From an uncultured Muribaculaceae bacterium (GTDB lineage: Bacteria; Bacillota_I; Bacilli_A; RF39; UBA660), in NCBI GenBank assembly GCA_964629735.1, contig CAZVQX010000001.1, positions 86,984-150,983 on the forward strand: a stretch of 64,000 nucleotides of DNA, given 5' to 3'. A model generated the notes under the pieces. It did no database searches. It was given only the letters and a program-made list of their open reading frames with translations, and was not told the DNA's origin. The translations under genes were made by a program, and so were the position numbers. Positions 61,446-64,000 of the stretch are shown here, piece by piece. The first letter of the stretch is position 1, and every line of letters begins with the position of its first letter.

Positions 61446-61700
61446 ATGGATATTGAAAAAAAAGTAAGAAATATGATTGAGCCAATTATAACTGAAAACA
61501 ATTATATTTTAGATGATGTACAATATTTAAAAGAAGAGGGTATCCAATTTTTAAGAATAATTATAGATAAAGATGGCGTTATTGATGTTGATGATTGTGT
61601 TAATGTTAATAATTTAATTGATCCAATTTTAGATGAGCATGATCCAATTGTTGATTCATACATTTTAGATGTTTGTTCAAAAGAAAAAGGGGGGAATTAA
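61446..61700 (+). CDS. rimP: Ribosome maturation factor RimP, short form (N-terminal domain only, 84 aa)
   Basis: FLRIIIDKDGVIDVDDCVNVNNLIDPILDEHDPIVDSYILDV aligns to the RimP N-domain. No room for a C-terminal domain before nusA. Confidence 0.6.
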   Translation: MDIEKKVRNMIEPIITENNYILDDVQYLKEEGIQFLRIIIDKDGVIDVDDCVNVNNLIDPILDEHDPIVDSYILDVCSKEKGGN

Positions 61701-61701
61701 G

Positions 61702-62835
61702 ATGAATCCTAAAAAATTTAAAGAAGCGGTAAATTTGTTAGTTAAAGAAAAGGCGATTTCTGAAGATGTTATTTATGAAGCTTTAGAATTAGCGCTTACA
61801 TCAGCCTATAAACGAAATTATAAATCATTGTCTAATGTTAGAGTTGATATAAACCGCGATAGTGGTCAAATAAAAGTTTTTTCTTTTAAAACTGTAGTTG
61901 ATCCAGAAAGTGAAGTTGAAATTGTTGTTGATGAAACATTTGATGGTGAAGAAATATTAGAAACTGTTAAATTTCCATTTGATCCAAGAATTCATTTAAC
62001 ATTGGAAGAAGGACAAAAAATTATTCCAACCATTCAATTAGGTGAAACTATCGAGGAAGAAGTTACACCAAAGGATTTCGGAAGGGTAGCAGCAGCAACA
62101 GCAAAACAAGTTGTTATTCAAAAAATTAGAGAAGCTGAACGAAATAATATTATTGAAGAGTTTGGTGATAAAGAAGGGGATATGGTTAGTGGCATTGTTT
62201 TAATGGAAGATATTAGAAATTACTATATTGATTTAGGAAAAATTCAAGGTATTTTACCTAAAAGTGAATTAATTCCAGGTGAAACAATTAGGATGGGATC
62301 AAATATTAAGGTATATGTGTCTAAAGTAGATATTCAATCTAAGGGTACTGTGATTTTCTTATCAAGAAATCATTATGGGTTTGTTAAAAGATTATTAGAG
62401 TTAGAAATACCTGAAATAGAAGATGGGATTGTTTTAGTTTATAGTGTTGCTCGTGAGGCGGGAAACAGAACAAAAGTTTCGGTTTATTCAGAAAACCCTA
62501 ATGTTGATGCTATTGGTGCTTGTATTGGTGAAGGCGGAAGTAGAATTAATCGTATTATTAATGAGTTAAACCATGAAAAAATAGATGTTGTATTATATGA
62601 TAAAGATCCAGCTAATTTTATTGCTAACGCATTAAGCCCAGCGCGTGATGTCCGTGTTTTTATAACTGATGAGACAAAGAGAGAAGCAATGGTTATTGTA
62701 AATGATGAAAATTTTCCTCTAGCAATCGGTCGTGGTGGTATTAATGTTCGTTTAGCGTCTAAGTTAACCCGTTTTAAAATAGATATTAAAACCCAAAAAC
62801 AAGCACAAGAAGAGGGTATTAATATTATAGATTAG
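61702..62835 (+). CDS. nusA: Transcription termination/antitermination factor NusA
   Basis: S1 and KH domains (GRVAAATAKQVV...AIGRGGINVRLASKLT). Start at the ATG at 61702. Confidence 0.9.
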   Translation: MNPKKFKEAVNLLVKEKAISEDVIYEALELALTSAYKRNYKSLSNVRVDINRDSGQIKVFSFKTVVDPESEVEIVVDETFDGEEILETVKFPFDPRIHLTLEEGQKIIPTIQLGETIEEEVTPKDFGRVAAATAKQVVIQKIREAERNNIIEEFGDKEGDMVSGIVLMEDIRNYYIDLGKIQGILPKSELIPGETIRMGSNIKVYVSKVDIQSKGTVIFLSRNHYGFVKRLLELEIPEIEDGIVLVYSVAREAGNRTKVSVYSENPNVDAIGACIGEGGSRINRIINELNHEKIDVVLYDKDPANFIANALSPARDVRVFITDETKREAMVIVNDENFPLAIGRGGINVRLASKLTRFKIDIKTQKQAQEEGINIID

Positions 62836-62845
62836 GAGTGATGAT

Positions 62846-63106
62846 ATGAAGGTAAGAAAAACTCCGATGCGTAGCTGTGTAGTTACAAAGGAAAAATGTC
62901 CAAAATTTGAACTAATAAGAATTGTTAGGACACCAATTAATGAGGTTATAATTGATTTAAATGGAAAAGCTAATGGTCGGGGTGCTTATTTAAAAAAAGA
63001 TTTAGAAGTTATTGAAAAAGCTCATAAAAGTAAAATTTTAAATAAACACTTAGAGATTCAGGTGTCTGATGATGTTTTTGAAGAATTAAGAAAATTATTA
63101 AAATAA
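62846..63106 (+). CDS. ylxR: YlxR/RnpM (DUF448) RNA-binding protein
   Basis: [20 protein letters not shown]...GRGAYL. Confidence 0.8.
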   Translation: MKVRKTPMRSCVVTKEKCPKFELIRIVRTPINEVIIDLNGKANGRGAYLKKDLEVIEKAHKSKILNKHLEIQVSDDVFEELRKLLK

Positions 63107-63122
63107 GAAAGAGGTGACAGAT

Positions 63123-64000
63123 ATGATGAGTGTAAGAGAATATGCTGATGATATGGGGAGAGCGGTTGATGAAATATTAAGTTATTGTGATGAGATTGGT
63201 ATTAATGTCTTTGGTGCTGATGATGAATTATCAGAATCTGAAATTATTGAGTTAGATAATCGAATTGCTATGGAAGTGGATGAGGAATTGATTGAAAAGT
63301 TAGTTGAAACTCAAGATATTGTTGAAGAAGAAGATAAAAACATTAAGAAAAAAGTCAAAGGTACTTTTAAAGAACGTAAAAAAGCAATATATAAAAATCG
63401 TGAAAAGCTAACTGATCATACTAATCAAAGTGATAATATTCTTCTGTATAAAGAGAATATGACAGTAAGAGATTTATCTGATGCCGTTGGTGTACCAGCT
63501 GCCGAAATAATTAAATGTTTATTTAATTTAGGGATTATTGCAAATGTTAATAGTAATCTTGATTTTGAAACGGTTGAGATTATTGCCGTTGATTATAACA
63601 AAGAATTAAAAAAAGAAGAAACAATGGATATTTGCAATTTTGAAGAATTTGAATTTATTGATAACCCAGAAGATTTAATGTCAAGACCACCAATTGTAAC
63701 AATTATGGGACATGTTGATCATGGGAAAACAACATTATTAGACACTATTAGGAAAGCTAATATTGCAGCCGGGGAGGCTGGTGGAATTACTCAAACTGTT
63801 GGTGCTTATCAAACAAAATGTAATGATAAATTGATTACTTTTATAGATACTCCAGGGCATGCAGCTTTTACACAAATGCGTGCTCGTGGTGCAAGTATTA
63901 CTGATATTGTTATTATTATTGTTGCGGCAGATGATGGTGTTATGCCACAAACTAAAGAGGCAATTGATCATGCATTAGCTGCAAATGTACCAATTATTGT
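63123..64000 (+). CDS. infB: Translation initiation factor IF-2 (5' part; continues beyond the window)
   Basis: GTPase G1 [12 protein letters not shown] and G3 DTPGH motifs. No stop within the window. Confidence 0.9.
   Translation, partial: MMSVREYADDMGRAVDEILSYCDEIGINVFGADDELSESEIIELDNRIAMEVDEELIEKLVETQDIVEEEDKNIKKKVKGTFKERKKAIYKNREKLTDHTNQSDNILLYKENMTVRDLSDAVGVPAAEIIKCLFNLGIIANVNSNLDFETVEIIAVDYNKELKKEETMDICNFEEFEFIDNPEDLMSRPPIVTIMGHVDHGKTTLLDTIRKANIAAGEAGGITQTVGAYQTKCNDKLITFIDTPGHAAFTQMRARGASITDIVIIIVAADDGVMPQTKEAIDHALAANVPII

Overview
This 64 kb window is core chromosome from a very AT-rich, low-GC Firmicute (Bacillota) that uses the standard genetic code. TGA is a stop codon and Trp is encoded by TGG. 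Gene content indicates a spore-former (spoIIR, a gerA-type germinant receptor operon, CotZ/CotY-like and CotS-like coat proteins, whiA) and an anaerobe (desulfoferrodoxin). Gene order is strongly Bacillus-like: yutG/yutH/nfu, hpf-secA, yvcK-whiA, rplI-dnaB-walJ-rlmH, ychF-rpsF-ssb-rpsR, rimP-nusA-ylxR-infB.

Main contents, in window order:
- a 13-tRNA cluster with its own promoter and terminator (2461-3583);
- an agr-type peptide quorum-sensing locus: agrA-agrC on the + strand converging on agrB-agrD on the - strand. The 40-codon agrD is absent from the supplied ORF track;
- cspA, hpf and secA;
- an approximately 7 kb block of membrane-anchored thioredoxin-like paralogues, a LysM protein and an orphan Clp-D1-like AAA+ protein;
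- an LtaS-family enzyme, then yvcK-whiA, rplI-dnaB, an M23 peptidase, walJ, rlmH and spoIIR;
- a gerA operon divergent from a large prepilin-type protein carrying six tandem Ig-like domains;
- ychF-rpsF-ssb-rpsR, then the complete S10-spc-alpha ribosomal protein cluster (rpsJ to rplQ, including secY, adk, map, infA, rpmJ and rpoA) with no rpmD (L30);
- a decayed ABC-transporter locus broken by frameshifts and in-frame stops;
- an SDR oxidoreductase, a Ca2+-type P-type ATPase, desulfoferrodoxin, a metallophosphoesterase and a CPBP protease;
- rimP (short), nusA, ylxR and the 5' part of infB.

No rRNA, CRISPR array, transposase or integrase was seen. The most system-like signal is the agr locus with the newly found AgrD propeptide ORF and putative LytTR direct-repeat boxes upstream of agrB.
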